Origin: an uncultured Pelagibacteraceae bacterium
Lineage (GTDB): Bacteria > Pseudomonadota > Alphaproteobacteria > Pelagibacterales > Pelagibacteraceae
Reading direction: 5' to 3'
NCBI GenBank assembly: GCA_902545825.1
Contig: CACCHS010000002.1
Coordinates: 334-64,333 of the forward strand
Length of the DNA: 64,000 bases
Shown here piece by piece: positions 52,204 to 64,000 of the stretch (position 1 is its first letter; each line of letters begins with the position of its first letter). The translations under genes and the position numbers were made by a program. The notes beneath the pieces are model-generated. The model saw only the letters and a list, made by a program, of their open reading frames with translations. It ran no database searches and was not told the DNA's origin.

Positions 52204-52955
52204 TCTTTTCCCCTCAAAATATCTGGTGTTTGCCAATTAAGGCTTTGACCGCTATCCAAAGCTACAACCTGTCCAGTAATAGAGCTGTTTTTAATAAAGA
52301 AGTCAACAGCATTACAAACTTCACCTACATTAACTTGTTTTTTCAGTGGTGTCGCTAGGTATTGATTTTTAAAATGTTTCATTGATTGTCTTTTATTTTT
52401 AATTGTAGGTCCAGGAGCTATACCGTTAACCCTAATTTGAGGGGCTAAACTCATCGCACTCGTTTTGGTCAAGGTATATAAACCAGTTTTACTCAAAGTA
52501 TAAGAGAAAAAAAATGGCGTCAGTTTAAAAACCCTTTGGTCAATAATATTAATAATATTATTGTTTTTTCCTTTTATATTTTTAGAAAATTCTTTTGAGA
52601 GATAGGCAGGGGCTTTTAAGTTAGTGGTTATGTGTTTTTCCCAACTTTTAGATGTAAAATTATCCAACTTATCGTTTTCAAATAAAGAGGCATTATTTAT
52701 TAAACAATCAAAATATTTTAATTTTGACTTTGCAAATTTGATAATTTTTTTTAAATCACTATCTTTATTAAGATCAGCTTGTATTAAATATATTTTTGAT
52801 CCTTTTAGAAATAATTTTTTTTTTAAATCCTCGGCTTTAGACATTGATTTGTTGAAGTGAATAACTATTTCTTTATTTGGGCCAGATAACTTATTGGCAA
52901 TTGCAGCACCAATTCTTGTGGCTCCACCAGTAATAATTATCTTTTTTGCTTCCAT
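52200..52955 (-). CDS. Short-chain dehydrogenase, pteridine reductase/FolM-like
   Basis: [32 protein letters not shown]. Confidence 0.8.
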   Translation of the reverse strand: MEAKKIIITGGATRIGAAIANKLSGPNKEIVIHFNKSMSKAEDLKKKLFLKGSKIYLIQADLNKDSDLKKIIKFAKSKLKYFDCLINNASLFENDKLDNFTSKSWEKHITTNLKAPAYLSKEFSKNIKGKNNNIINIIDQRVFKLTPFFFSYTLSKTGLYTLTKTSAMSLAPQIRVNGIAPGPTIKNKRQSMKHFKNQYLATPLKKQVNVGEVCNAVDFFIKNSSITGQVVALDSGQSLNWQTPDILRGKE

Positions 52956-55111
52956 TTTTTATCCTTTTTTTTAGTCACTCTTGTACCGGGCATTCCTAAA
53001 GTTGATCTTCCTTTTGGGTATATTTTATTTTTTACATCGTACTGCCTAATTTTTGGATTTAAAGTAATTTCAAGTTCTGTGGTTTGTAATTTTCTAATTT
53101 CGTCTCTTATCTTTGCTGCTTCCTCAAATTCTAAGTTGGATGCAGCTTCTTTCATTTTTTTATCAAGCCCTTTTAGGTGTTTTTTTAAGTTTCCACCAAT
53201 ATTCGACCCCTCGCTTATTTTGACATAATCCTTTTCGTAAACGCTTTCTAATATGTCGCTAATCTCTTTTTTTACAGTTTTAGCATCAATGTTATGTTTT
53301 TTATTATAAGCTAATTGTATTTTTCTTCTTCTCTCTGTTTCTTGAATTGCTTTTTTTATACTTTTAGTCTCTTTATCAGCATATAAAATTACTTTTCCCT
53401 CTATATTTCTAGCAGCTCTTCCGATAGTTTGAATTAAAGAAGTTTCAGATCTTAAAAAACCTTCTTTATCTGCATCAAGAATTCCAACCATGGCGCACTC
53501 TGGAATATCTAAACCCTCTCTTAAAAGATTTATTCCAACAAGAACATCAAATACTCCCATTCTAAGATCTCTCATAATTTCTATTCTTTCCAAAGTATCG
53601 ATATCGGAATGAAGGTATCTTACTTTAATACCATTCTCATGAAGATACTCTGTGAGATCTTCAGCCATTTTTTTTGTTAAAGTAGTTACTAAAACTCTAT
53701 GGTTGTTTTCAATTACTTTTTTACACTCATGCATTAAATCATCAACTTGATTTTTTGCTGATCTTATTTCCACTGGTGGATCTATTAGACCAGTTGGTCT
53801 AATAACTTGATCAATATATTTTCCTTTAGTTTGCTCTAATTCCCATGGTCCAGGAGTTGCTGAAACAAAAACCGTTTGTGTTCTCATTAAATCCCATTCT
53901 TCAAATTTTAAAGGTCTGTTATCCATACAAGATGGAAGTCTAAAACCATATTCTGCTAAAGTACTTTTTCTTGATCTATCCCCTTTATACATACCATTTA
54001 ATTGCGGTACAGTTACATGAGACTCGTCAACAAAGATTAGAGTATTATCAGGAAAGTATTCAAATAGTGTTGGCGGTGGTTCACCAGGCTTTCTACCAGA
54101 TAAAAATCTTGAGTAATTTTCTATACCTGCACAAGATCCGGTTGCTTCAATCATTTCTAAATCAAATCTTGTTCTTTCCTCTAATCTTTGTGCTTCAAGT
54201 AATTTATTTTCTGATTTATGTTTTTTTAAAGTAACTTCTAATTCTTTTCTTATATTAATAATTGCTTGTTCTACTGTTGGTTTTGGAGTTATGTAATGAC
54301 TGTTTGCATAGACTTTTATTAAATTAAGTTCTCTAACCTGATCTCCTGTTAAAGGATCAAACTCCTCGATTTTTTCTAACTTGTCCCCAAATAGACTCAA
54401 TCTCCAAGCTCTATCTTCAAGATGTGAAGGAAATATTTCAAGATATTCTCCACGAGCTCTAAATGTTCCTCTATAAAAATTTTGATCATTTCTTTTATAT
54501 TGTAGAGCAACTAAGGATTTTATTATTTGTTCTCTATTATAGTCGTTATTTTTTTGAAGAGTTAAAGTCATTTTGCTGTACGCTTCAACAGAACCTAATC
54601 CATAAATACATGAAACACTGGCTACTATTAAAACATCATCTCTTTCCAAAAGAGATCGCGTTGCAGAGTGTCTCATTCTGTCAATCTGTTCATTAATTGA
54701 CGCTTCTTTCTCTATATAAGTATCTGATCTTGGAACGTATGCCTCAGGAGTATAATAATCGTAATAAGAAACAAAATATTCCACTGCGTTATTTGGAAAA
54801 AAGCTTTTCATTTCCCCATAAAGCTGCGCTGCCAAAGTTTTATTTGGCGCTAAAATTAAAGCTGGTCTATTGGTAGTCTCTATGATTTTGGCCATAGTAA
54901 AAGTTTTTCCAGATCCAGTGACTCCCAACAAAACTTGGTTAAATTGTTGTTTATTTGCACCATCAACTAATTTTTTTATTGCAGCTGGCTGATCACCAGC
55001 AGGTTTAAAATCGGACACTATTTTGAATTTTTTGCCACCTTCAAGTTTTCCACTTATTTCTGGCTTTTTTCCCTCTAAATCAGTAATTAAATCTTGATAT
55101 GTATTTTGCAT
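52937..55111 (-). CDS. uvrB: Excinuclease ABC subunit B
   Basis: [41 protein letters not shown] domain. Confidence 0.99.
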   Translation of the reverse strand: MQNTYQDLITDLEGKKPEISGKLEGGKKFKIVSDFKPAGDQPAAIKKLVDGANKQQFNQVLLGVTGSGKTFTMAKIIETTNRPALILAPNKTLAAQLYGEMKSFFPNNAVEYFVSYYDYYTPEAYVPRSDTYIEKEASINEQIDRMRHSATRSLLERDDVLIVASVSCIYGLGSVEAYSKMTLTLQKNNDYNREQIIKSLVALQYKRNDQNFYRGTFRARGEYLEIFPSHLEDRAWRLSLFGDKLEKIEEFDPLTGDQVRELNLIKVYANSHYITPKPTVEQAIINIRKELEVTLKKHKSENKLLEAQRLEERTRFDLEMIEATGSCAGIENYSRFLSGRKPGEPPPTLFEYFPDNTLIFVDESHVTVPQLNGMYKGDRSRKSTLAEYGFRLPSCMDNRPLKFEEWDLMRTQTVFVSATPGPWELEQTKGKYIDQVIRPTGLIDPPVEIRSAKNQVDDLMHECKKVIENNHRVLVTTLTKKMAEDLTEYLHENGIKVRYLHSDIDTLERIEIMRDLRMGVFDVLVGINLLREGLDIPECAMVGILDADKEGFLRSETSLIQTIGRAARNIEGKVILYADKETKSIKKAIQETERRRKIQLAYNKKHNIDAKTVKKEISDILESVYEKDYVKISEGSNIGGNLKKHLKGLDKKMKEAASNLEFEEAAKIRDEIRKLQTTELEITLNPKIRQYDVKNKIYPKGRSTLGMPGTRVTKKKDKKWKQKR

Positions 55112-55135
55112 ATAATAAACAAAGTATTAAAATAA

Positions 55136-56347
<1,212 letters not shown>

Positions 56348-56354
56348 TCTAAAA

Positions 56355-57299
56355 TTAGTGAGATAGGTACTTTTCAGCCTCTAGTGCAGCCATACAACCC
56401 ATTCCCGCAGCAGTTACTGCCTGTCTAAATATCTTATCTTTAACATCCCCAGCTGCAAAAACACCAGGTATATTTGTTTCAGTAGAGTCAGGTTTTGTAA
56501 TTAAATATCCTTCTTTATCCATATTGACCTGATCTTTAAATAAATTAGTTGCTGGATCATGGCCAATTGCAATAAATAAACCATCAACTTTCAATTCATC
56601 AATTTTATTTGATTTTACATTCTTAATTTTTATTCCAGTAACATTCTTAGGGTCATTATCGCCGATTACATCTTCAATAACTGTGTCCCAAATAATTTCA
56701 ATTTTCTTATTTTCCATAAGTTTTTTTTGAAGCATTTTTTCAGCTCTAAGTTCATTCCTTCTATGGATAAGTTTAACTTTTGATGCAAACTTTGTTAAAA
56801 ACATAGCTTCTTCAACAGCTGCGTTTCCACCACCTACAACAGCTACAGTTTTTTCTTTAAAAAAAAATCCATCACATGTTGCACATGCCGATACACCAAA
56901 ACCTCTATACTCTTGTTCAGATTTTAAATTTAACCACCTTGCTTGGGCACCAGTCGATATTATTATTGAGTCAGCTGTGTATTTTTGACCACTTTCTCCT
57001 ATGGCTTCAAAGGGTTTTGACTTTAGATTAACCGAGGAGATATGATCTTCTATCATTTCTGTACCAACCGCTTTAGCTTGTTCTTTCATCTGATCCATAA
57101 GCCAAGGACCTTGTATTACTTCAGCAAATCCGGGATAATTCTCAACATCAGTTGTAGTAGTCAATTGGCCTCCAGGCTCCATACCATGAACTAAAACTGG
57201 ATTAAGCATTGCTCGAGCCGCATAAACTGCTGCAGTGTATCCGGCTGGACCGGATCCAATTATTAACACTTTTGTGTGTTTAGTTGGATTTTGATTCAT
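56355..57299 (-). CDS. trxB: Thioredoxin reductase
   Basis: GSGPAG, CATCDG, GGGNAA, GDV..RQA. Confidence 0.98.
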   Translation of the reverse strand: MNQNPTKHTKVLIIGSGPAGYTAAVYAARAMLNPVLVHGMEPGGQLTTTTDVENYPGFAEVIQGPWLMDQMKEQAKAVGTEMIEDHISSVNLKSKPFEAIGESGQKYTADSIIISTGAQARWLNLKSEQEYRGFGVSACATCDGFFFKEKTVAVVGGGNAAVEEAMFLTKFASKVKLIHRRNELRAEKMLQKKLMENKKIEIIWDTVIEDVIGDNDPKNVTGIKIKNVKSNKIDELKVDGLFIAIGHDPATNLFKDQVNMDKEGYLITKPDSTETNIPGVFAAGDVKDKIFRQAVTAAGMGCMAALEAEKYLSH

Positions 57300-57320
57300 A
57301 TCAAAGCTATATAGTAATTT

Positions 57321-58277
57321 ATGTCCAAATTAAAAGGGTTATTGTTAACAGAAGGCATGCATGGCATGATTAGCCAGGTCGAAGGTTTAGCAAAAGCATT
57401 AGACATTGACTACATACACCAAAAAGTTGAACTTAATTTATTTGCAAAGTTAATCACGCCTAAAATAACACCAGTTTCAAATTTATTTTTCAAAAAATTT
57501 ATTGTGCCCGAGATAGATCTAATTATATCTTGTGGTAGAAAAAGTGTCATACCATCTTTATATTTAAAAAAAAATTCAAAAAAAAAATTAATTAATATAC
57601 ATATTCAGGACCCGAAAGTTTCTTTAAAAAACTTTGATTATATAATTGCACCAGAGCACGATGGCTTAAGTGGTGAGAATGTAATTAACTCAAAAGGTGC
57701 ATTACATTATCTCTCGTTAAAAGAAATTAAAGATAATCATAGCTATTTATTAAATAATATTAATAGAGATAAAAAACAGCTACTTTTAGTTTTAGGTGGA
57801 CCCAATAAGTACTATAGCTATGATAGAAATAATTTAGAAAAAATTTTTGAAAAACTAAAAAATTTAGCAAAGAAATATGATCTTCAAATTATTATAATAC
57901 CATCAATGAGAACCCCAATTAACACAATAGAACATGCAAGCAGTTTTTTTGATAAAGAAACCATAATCGTTAAAAATGTAGATAAAAAAGCTTACTTATC
58001 TGCTCTATCTATTTCTGAATTTTTAGTGATTACATGCGACTCAACATCGATGATTTCCGAAGCTGCTTTGACGGGTAAACCAATATATGTAGCTCAAATT
58101 CAATCAAAAAAAGATGACTATAGGTTTAGACAATTTAGGAAATTGTTTACTAAATTAAATATTATTAGAAATTTGGAAGATAAATTAGAAGTATGGAACT
58201 ATGAAAAACTTGATGAAACTAATAGGGTAGCTAATATAATTAAAAAAAAAAATAATGTCATTTTTAAAATCTATTGA
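57321..58277 (+). CDS. ELM1/GtrOC1-like protein (putative nucleoside-diphosphate sugar enzyme)
   Basis: G..SQ..GLA, ISCGR, IHIQDP, PEHD, TCDSTSMISEA..TGKP. Confidence 0.85.
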   Translation: MSKLKGLLLTEGMHGMISQVEGLAKALDIDYIHQKVELNLFAKLITPKITPVSNLFFKKFIVPEIDLIISCGRKSVIPSLYLKKNSKKKLINIHIQDPKVSLKNFDYIIAPEHDGLSGENVINSKGALHYLSLKEIKDNHSYLLNNINRDKKQLLLVLGGPNKYYSYDRNNLEKIFEKLKNLAKKYDLQIIIIPSMRTPINTIEHASSFFDKETIIVKNVDKKAYLSALSISEFLVITCDSTSMISEAALTGKPIYVAQIQSKKDDYRFRQFRKLFTKLNIIRNLEDKLEVWNYEKLDETNRVANIIKKKNNVIFKIY

Positions 58278-58917
58278 AAATAATTCAAAAAAATTTGAGG
58301 ATCCATTTTTACATTGGGAATTAGATAAACCTCTCACTGATGGACAAATAAATGAAATAGTTAATGCCGATATAGCAAATCCAATTGACCACGATCTAAA
58401 TTATGATGGTACAAGAGCTATTGACGGAGGTGCTCCAGAGTTTAGAAAAGGACTTTCTTATGGAGGGAAAGCACTTAAGTTTAGATGTTTTATAACCAAA
58501 GAAAATTCCACAGAATTTCCACATTTAATGAAGCTAATTAAAGAATTGCAAAATAAAAATACGTATGAAAAAGTTTCAAAACTCGTGGGGAAAGACCTAT
58601 CTAATTCATACATAAGGGTAGAAGTTATATGTGATAGAAAAGGTTTTTGGCTGAAACCACATTGCGATATTGAAGAAAAATTAATGTCCTGTTTATTATT
58701 TGTAAATAAAACAAATGAAAGTGAGGATTTAGGTACTGATTTTTATGATAATAATTTAAAAAAAGTAAAAACAATGCCCTATAAAGATAATTATGGATAC
58801 TTCTTCACAAGCGGCCCAGGCACTTGGCATGGTATGGAAAAAAAAGAAATATCAAAAGAAAGAAGATGTTTACAAGTGAATTATGTAACGTTTAAAACTG
58901 ATTGGAAGGTGGATTAA
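58255..58917 (+). CDS. Putative 2OG-Fe(II) oxygenase
   Basis: HxD...H facial triad (PHCD, WHG) and distal Arg (RRCLQVNY). Confidence 0.75.
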   Translation: MSFLKSIENNSKKFEDPFLHWELDKPLTDGQINEIVNADIANPIDHDLNYDGTRAIDGGAPEFRKGLSYGGKALKFRCFITKENSTEFPHLMKLIKELQNKNTYEKVSKLVGKDLSNSYIRVEVICDRKGFWLKPHCDIEEKLMSCLLFVNKTNESEDLGTDFYDNNLKKVKTMPYKDNYGYFFTSGPGTWHGMEKKEISKERRCLQVNYVTFKTDWKVD

Positions 58918-61900
58918 TTATCCTGTAAGGATTTAACCTCTAATTTTTTAGTTTTAAGTGATTTTATAGCTTCAAGAAATGAATAAGCTGTCGACATATT
59001 TGTGCAGTAAGGAACTTTGTTTGCCAATGTTCCTCTTCTTAAAGCCCTTGCATCGTCAATTCTATGTTCACTATTTCCACCTCCAGTATTAATCACCAAA
59101 GATATTTTTTTTGCATTTAAAACATCTACTATGTGTGGTCGTCCACTACTTACTTTATTAATAGTTTTGCACTTAATTCCATTATCTTTTAAAATTTTTG
59201 CAGTGCCTTTTGTTCCAGAAATACCAAAACCTAATTTTTTGAGTCTTTGTGCAACTCCTATTATCTCTTGTTTATGAGAGTCTTTGACTGATAAAAATGC
59301 CATGCCACTTACTGGAAGAGAATTATAGGCAGCAATTTGACTTTTAGCGACCGCCATACCAAAATCGTAATCAAAACCCATAACTTCTCCAGTAGACTTC
59401 ATTTCTGGACCAAGTAATAAATCACTATCAGGAAATTTATTAAAAGGAAAAACAGCTTCTTTAACAGCAAATTTTTTATTTGTTTTATATTTTAATTTAT
59501 ACTTAGAAAGCTTTTCGCCTGCCATTATTCTTGAAGCAATTTTTGCTAGCGGTACACCATTAGCTTTTGATACAAAAGGAACAGTTCTACTTGCTCTAGG
59601 ATTAACTTCAATTACATAAACTTCATCCTTTTTAATCGCAAATTGAATATTAAGCAGTCCCTTAACTTTTAATGCTAAAGCCAATTTTCTTGTTTGAATT
59701 TTTATTTCTTTGAGAATGCTATCTTTGATTGACACTGGAGGCAAACAACAAGCTGAATCACCAGAATGTATTCCTGCTTCTTCAATATGTTGCATAATGC
59801 CTGCTACATAAACATCTTTTCTATCACATATCGCATCAACATCAACTTCCATTGCGTTATCTATAAATTTATCAATTAAAATTGGATTATTATCTGACGC
59901 CTTAAAAGCTTGATTAATAAATTCTTTTAATTGACTTTCATCATGAACAATTTCCATCGCCCTACCACCTAAAACATACGAGGGACGAACAACTACTGGT
60001 AATCCAATTTTTTTAGCTATTAGTATTGCTTTGTCATATTTATCTGCAATTCCACTTTCAGCTTGCTTTAAATTGAGTCTTATTAATAAGTCTCTAAATC
60101 TATCTCTATCTTCCGCAAGATCTATGGATGAATATTGTGTTCCTAGAATAGGCAAATTATTTTCGTGCAAGAACTTTGCAAGCTTAATTGGTGTTTGACC
60201 ACCAAATTGAGCAATTATTCCAACTAGATTTCCCTTAGATTTTTCCTTTAAAATTATATTTTGTACATATTCATCTATTAGAGGTTCAAAATAAAGTCTG
60301 TCACTAGTGTCGTAGTCTGTAGAAACTGTTTCAGGGTTACAATTTATCATTATTGTTTCAAACCCTGCCTCTTTCAAAGCAAAACTTGCCTGACAACAAC
60401 AATAGTCAAACTCAATGCCTTGCCCAATTCTATTTGGACCACCCCCAAGTATAATAATCTTTCTTTTGCTGCTTGGATCTGCTTCACACTCTGTATTAAT
60501 CGAAAAGTTTCGCTGATAAGTTGAATACATGTAAGGGGTAAAGGATTTAAATTCAGCAGCACAAGTATCTACTTTTTTAAAAACTGGAATTACTTTAAGT
60601 GCAGCTCTTTTTCTTTGTAAAATTTTTTCCTGTATCCCAGTAAGTTTACCTAACCTTTTGTCAGAAAATCCTAAAGACTTTATTCTATTGAATTCCACAA
60701 AGTTTCTCGGTAAACCAAATTTGATAATTTTATTTTCTTCCTCAACAATTTCTTTTATTTGACCTAAAAACCAAGGATCAATTTTTGATAAATTATAAAT
60801 TTTTTCTATCGAAATTTTTTTTCTAAATGCTTCTGCAACCAACAATAATTTATCAGGTATATTGATCTTTAATTGTTTTAAAATTTCTTTTTTTGAATAG
60901 TGAAATAAATTATCTAACCCAGAAAGACCAGTTTCAAGAGAAACCAAAGCTTTTTGAAAAGATTCTTTAAAATTTCTACCAATTGCCATAGCCTCTCCCA
61001 CAGATCTCATTGAGGTACCTAAAATTGGTTTAGTATCTTGAAATTTTTCAAACGTAAATCTAGGAATTTTTGTAACCACATAATCAATTGTTGGCTCGAA
61101 TGAGGCAGGTGTTACTTTCGTAATTTCGTTTTGAAGTTCATCTAATGTGTAACCTATTGCTAATTTTGCGGCTACTTTTGCAATTGGAAAACCTGTTGCT
61201 TTCGAAGCAAGAGCCGAAGATCGTGACACACGAGGATTCATCTCTATAATTACCATTCTTCCATTTTTTGGATTTATAGCGAATTGAACATTTGAACCGC
61301 CTGTTTCAACTCCAATCTTTCTAAGACAAGCAATAGAAGCGTTTCTCATCACTTGATATTCTTTATCAGTCAATGTTAATGCTGGTGCTATTGTCACAGA
61401 GTCTCCCGTATGTGTGCCCATTGGGTCAATATTTTCGATTGAACAAATTATAATACAATTATCATTTTTATCTCTAACAACTTCCATTTCAAATTCTTTC
61501 CACCCATCTAGGCATTCCTCTACGAGAACTTGATTTTGTGGAGATTCATAAAGCCCACCTTTAACGATTTTAAAAAATTCTTTTTTAGTCCTTGCTATGC
61601 CTCCACCAAGACCACCCAGGGTAAATGAAGGCCTTATAATTGCAGGAAGACCAATTTTTTTTAAACACTTTGATGCATATTTAAACTTATTAAGTATCTC
61701 GGATTTAGGTAAATCAATACCAATTTCAGACATATTTTTTCTAAATTTTTTTCTATCCTCTGCATTAGCAATTGCTTTTGAATTTGCTCCTATAAGCTCT
61801 ATTTTATATTTTTTGAGTATTCCTAATTTTTCTGCTTTTAAAGCTAAGTTAAGGGCAGTTTGTCCACCCATCGTTGGAAGAATAGCGTGAGGTTTTTCTT

Positions 61901-62138
61901 TTTTAATAATTTCCTCAAGTACTTCTACAGATATGGGTTCAATGTATGTTTGATCTGCAACGCCAGGATCTGTCATAATAGTTGCAGGATTAGAATTGAC
62001 TAAAATAACTTTATAACCTTCATCTTTAAGTGCTTTACAAGCTTGTGTTCCTGAATAATCAAATTCACATGCTTGGCCAATAGTGATCGGTCCAGCCCCA
62101 ATAACTAAAATTTTTTTAATATCTTTTCTTTTTGGCAT
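58914..62138 (-). CDS. carB: Carbamoyl-phosphate synthase large subunit
   Basis: [17 protein letters not shown], two ATP-grasp halves, MGS domain; start set at ATG 62138. Confidence 0.99.
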   Translation of the reverse strand: MPKRKDIKKILVIGAGPITIGQACEFDYSGTQACKALKDEGYKVILVNSNPATIMTDPGVADQTYIEPISVEVLEEIIKKEKPHAILPTMGGQTALNLALKAEKLGILKKYKIELIGANSKAIANAEDRKKFRKNMSEIGIDLPKSEILNKFKYASKCLKKIGLPAIIRPSFTLGGLGGGIARTKKEFFKIVKGGLYESPQNQVLVEECLDGWKEFEMEVVRDKNDNCIIICSIENIDPMGTHTGDSVTIAPALTLTDKEYQVMRNASIACLRKIGVETGGSNVQFAINPKNGRMVIIEMNPRVSRSSALASKATGFPIAKVAAKLAIGYTLDELQNEITKVTPASFEPTIDYVVTKIPRFTFEKFQDTKPILGTSMRSVGEAMAIGRNFKESFQKALVSLETGLSGLDNLFHYSKKEILKQLKINIPDKLLLVAEAFRKKISIEKIYNLSKIDPWFLGQIKEIVEEENKIIKFGLPRNFVEFNRIKSLGFSDKRLGKLTGIQEKILQRKRAALKVIPVFKKVDTCAAEFKSFTPYMYSTYQRNFSINTECEADPSSKRKIIILGGGPNRIGQGIEFDYCCCQASFALKEAGFETIMINCNPETVSTDYDTSDRLYFEPLIDEYVQNIILKEKSKGNLVGIIAQFGGQTPIKLAKFLHENNLPILGTQYSSIDLAEDRDRFRDLLIRLNLKQAESGIADKYDKAILIAKKIGLPVVVRPSYVLGGRAMEIVHDESQLKEFINQAFKASDNNPILIDKFIDNAMEVDVDAICDRKDVYVAGIMQHIEEAGIHSGDSACCLPPVSIKDSILKEIKIQTRKLALALKVKGLLNIQFAIKKDEVYVIEVNPRASRTVPFVSKANGVPLAKIASRIMAGEKLSKYKLKYKTNKKFAVKEAVFPFNKFPDSDLLLGPEMKSTGEVMGFDYDFGMAVAKSQIAAYNSLPVSGMAFLSVKDSHKQEIIGVAQRLKKLGFGISGTKGTAKILKDNGIKCKTINKVSSGRPHIVDVLNAKKISLVINTGGGNSEHRIDDARALRRGTLANKVPYCTNMSTAYSFLEAIKSLKTKKLEVKSLQDN

Positions 62139-63309
62139 ATTTTTTAACTTCATTAATAAAATTACTGAATAGGTAGCGACTATCTTGTGGACCAGGATTA
62201 GATTCAGGATGATATTGCACAGAAAAGACAGGTTTATTTTTTAATTTTATACCCTCTATACTGTTATCAAACAGAGATTTATGAGTTATCTCAATATTTT
62301 TTGGTAAATTATTTTTTGTAACCTCAAATCCATGATTTTGACTAGTTATTTCAACTTTATTATTGATCAGGTTTTTAACTGGATGATTTGCACCTCTATG
62401 TCCTAATTTCATTTTTTTTGTTTTTCCACCTAATGCTAAAGCTAATAGCTGATGACCCAAACAAATTCCAAAAACTGGTAGATTTTTGTTAATAAGTTTT
62501 TTTATAATTTTTATAGCATATGTCCCAGTTGCGGCAGGATCACCCGGCCCATTTGATAAAAAAATTCCGCTTGGATTAAGTGCTAAAATATCTTCTGCAC
62601 TCATTTGGCAAGGCACGACTGTTACATCGCAATAAAAATTAGAAAAATACCTTAAAATATTCGTTTTTATTCCATAGTCGATTGCAACGATCTTAAGTTT
62701 TTTCTTTTTAATTTTTTTATATCCATCTTCTTTAGTCCATGTCTTAAAACCTTTCCAGGAGAACTTATTTTTAGTAGATACTGTTTTTGCCAAATCCAAA
62801 CCATTAAGACCTGGCCATTTTAAAGTATTTTTAATTAATTTTTTAATTCCAAAGTTCCCATTCCTATCATTTGAAATAGTTCCTCTTGGAGCCCCGTTAT
62901 CTCTAATAAAATTTGTCAAACCTCTTGTATCTAAACCAGTCAAACCAACTATTTTATTTTTTTTAAGCCATAAATCTAATTCCATTAATGATCTATAATT
63001 TGATGGATTGGTAATTTCTGAGTTGAAAATCACCCCTTTTGTCCAGACTTTTTCTGACTCGTTGTCTTGTTTGTTTGTTCCCACATTTCCAATATGTGGA
63101 AAGGTAAAATTAATTATTTGTCCTGCGTATGAAGGGTCAGAAAGTATTTCCTGGTATCCAGTGATAGAGGTATTAAAACACACTTCTCCAGTAGCTGTGC
63201 CTTCATAACCTATGCCAATTCCATTAAAAATGGACTTATTCTCGAGAACTAAAATGCCTGGGTTAAATTTTGATTTATTTATTGAATTTACTTTTCGTTT
63301 TTTGATCAA
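62116..63309 (-). CDS. carA: Carbamoyl-phosphate synthase small subunit
   Basis: [26 protein letters not shown]; exact start uncertain (TTG). Confidence 0.98.
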   Translation of the reverse strand: MIKKRKVNSINKSKFNPGILVLENKSIFNGIGIGYEGTATGEVCFNTSITGYQEILSDPSYAGQIINFTFPHIGNVGTNKQDNESEKVWTKGVIFNSEITNPSNYRSLMELDLWLKKNKIVGLTGLDTRGLTNFIRDNGAPRGTISNDRNGNFGIKKLIKNTLKWPGLNGLDLAKTVSTKNKFSWKGFKTWTKEDGYKKIKKKKLKIVAIDYGIKTNILRYFSNFYCDVTVVPCQMSAEDILALNPSGIFLSNGPGDPAATGTYAIKIIKKLINKNLPVFGICLGHQLLALALGGKTKKMKLGHRGANHPVKNLINNKVEITSQNHGFEVTKNNLPKNIEITHKSLFDNSIEGIKLKNKPVFSVQYHPESNPGPQDSRYLFSNFINEVKKYAKKKRY

Positions 63310-63432
63310 TTACAACTCATGAGTTAAAGGTTAATACAATAAAAGCTTATCTAACGCAACAGATCTAATACAAAATATATAAAAAAAACAATTTTTCTTT
63401 TAAGCAAAAATTCTTTAAGTTAAATTACTTTT

Positions 63433-63897
63433 ATGTCACTCAGAGAAAAAATTGATGACGAGTATAAAAATGCTCTTAAATCTAAAGATAAAAATAAAAT
63501 ATCAACTTATAGGTTAATATTATCTGGGCTCAAAGACCTCGATATTCAAAACAGATCTGGACCTAATAAAAAAGATACAGATGATGATGATATTAAAAAA
63601 TTATTAAGAAAGATGATAAAGCAACGAACCGAATCAATCGAAATTTATAAAAAAAATAATAGACATGACCTTCTTGAAATTGAGGAGAATGAAGTAAATA
63701 TAATGTCAAAGTATTTGCCAAAACAGTTGAGTGAAGATGATACAAAAAAACTATGTAAAGAAGTTATAAATACAATAAATGCTTCATCTTTAAAAGATAT
63801 GGGAAAAGCAATGGGTGAATTGAAAAAAAATCATTCGGACAGTGTAGACTTTTCTTTAGCAGGCAAAATTATAAAGGAGATTCTAAATAAGAAATGA
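63433..63897 (+). CDS. GatB/YqeY domain protein
   Basis: K.ALK..DK, KMIKQR.ES, YLPKQLS, KDMGK.M; carA/yqeY-dnaG synteny. Confidence 0.92.
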   Translation: MSLREKIDDEYKNALKSKDKNKISTYRLILSGLKDLDIQNRSGPNKKDTDDDDIKKLLRKMIKQRTESIEIYKKNNRHDLLEIEENEVNIMSKYLPKQLSEDDTKKLCKEVINTINASSLKDMGKAMGELKKNHSDSVDFSLAGKIIKEILNKK

Positions 63898-64000
63898 AAT
63901 ATCCTAAAGAATATTTAGATGAAATTAAAACAAGACTGAAGGTCTCTACAGTAGTATCTAAAACAGTTAGTTTGAAAAAAAGAGGTAAAGAATTTATTGG
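63894..64000 (+). CDS. dnaG: DNA primase, N-terminal fragment (runs off the window)
   Basis: MKYPKEYLDEIKTRLKVSTVVSKTVSLKKRGKEFIG, typical start of the DnaG zinc-binding domain; ATGA overlap with yqeY. Confidence 0.88.
   Translation, partial: MKYPKEYLDEIKTRLKVSTVVSKTVSLKKRGKEFI

Overview
Very AT-rich, extremely gene-dense core-genome segment of a streamlined marine alphaproteobacterium, most likely SAR11/Pelagibacterales (inferred from composition, tiny intergenic spacers, gene order and protein features). It holds about 63 CDSs and one tRNA-Gln(TTG). Main content: the aa3 cytochrome c oxidase operon (coxB-coxA-cyoE-coxF-ctaG-coxC-surf1, continuing into thrC-prx), the F0 ATP synthase genes directly followed by a retinal-synthesis cassette (crtI-crtB-crtY-blh) and ispH, petABC, smc/dsbA/dciA/mutY, ccrM, uvrB/uvrC, carAB, and a MarR-OmpR-EnvZ unit. 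I saw no mobile element, prophage, CRISPR array or rRNA. The most notable observations are: (1) an 857-aa SMC with intact ATPase heads but no recognisable hinge or zinc hook; (2) a pair of GANTC sites in an inverted repeat inside the predicted ccrM promoter; (3) a haloacid dehalogenase-double CDGSH-DoxX-pirin-Qor cluster; (4) a family-4 UDG with only one Cys; (5) divergent gene pairs with 0-8 bp between start codons; (6) a 40-aa CoxF-like ORF missing from the ORF track; (7) tRNA-Gln ending 3 nt before the CCA-adding enzyme start. Protein calls come from recalled motifs and synteny; no database searches were run.
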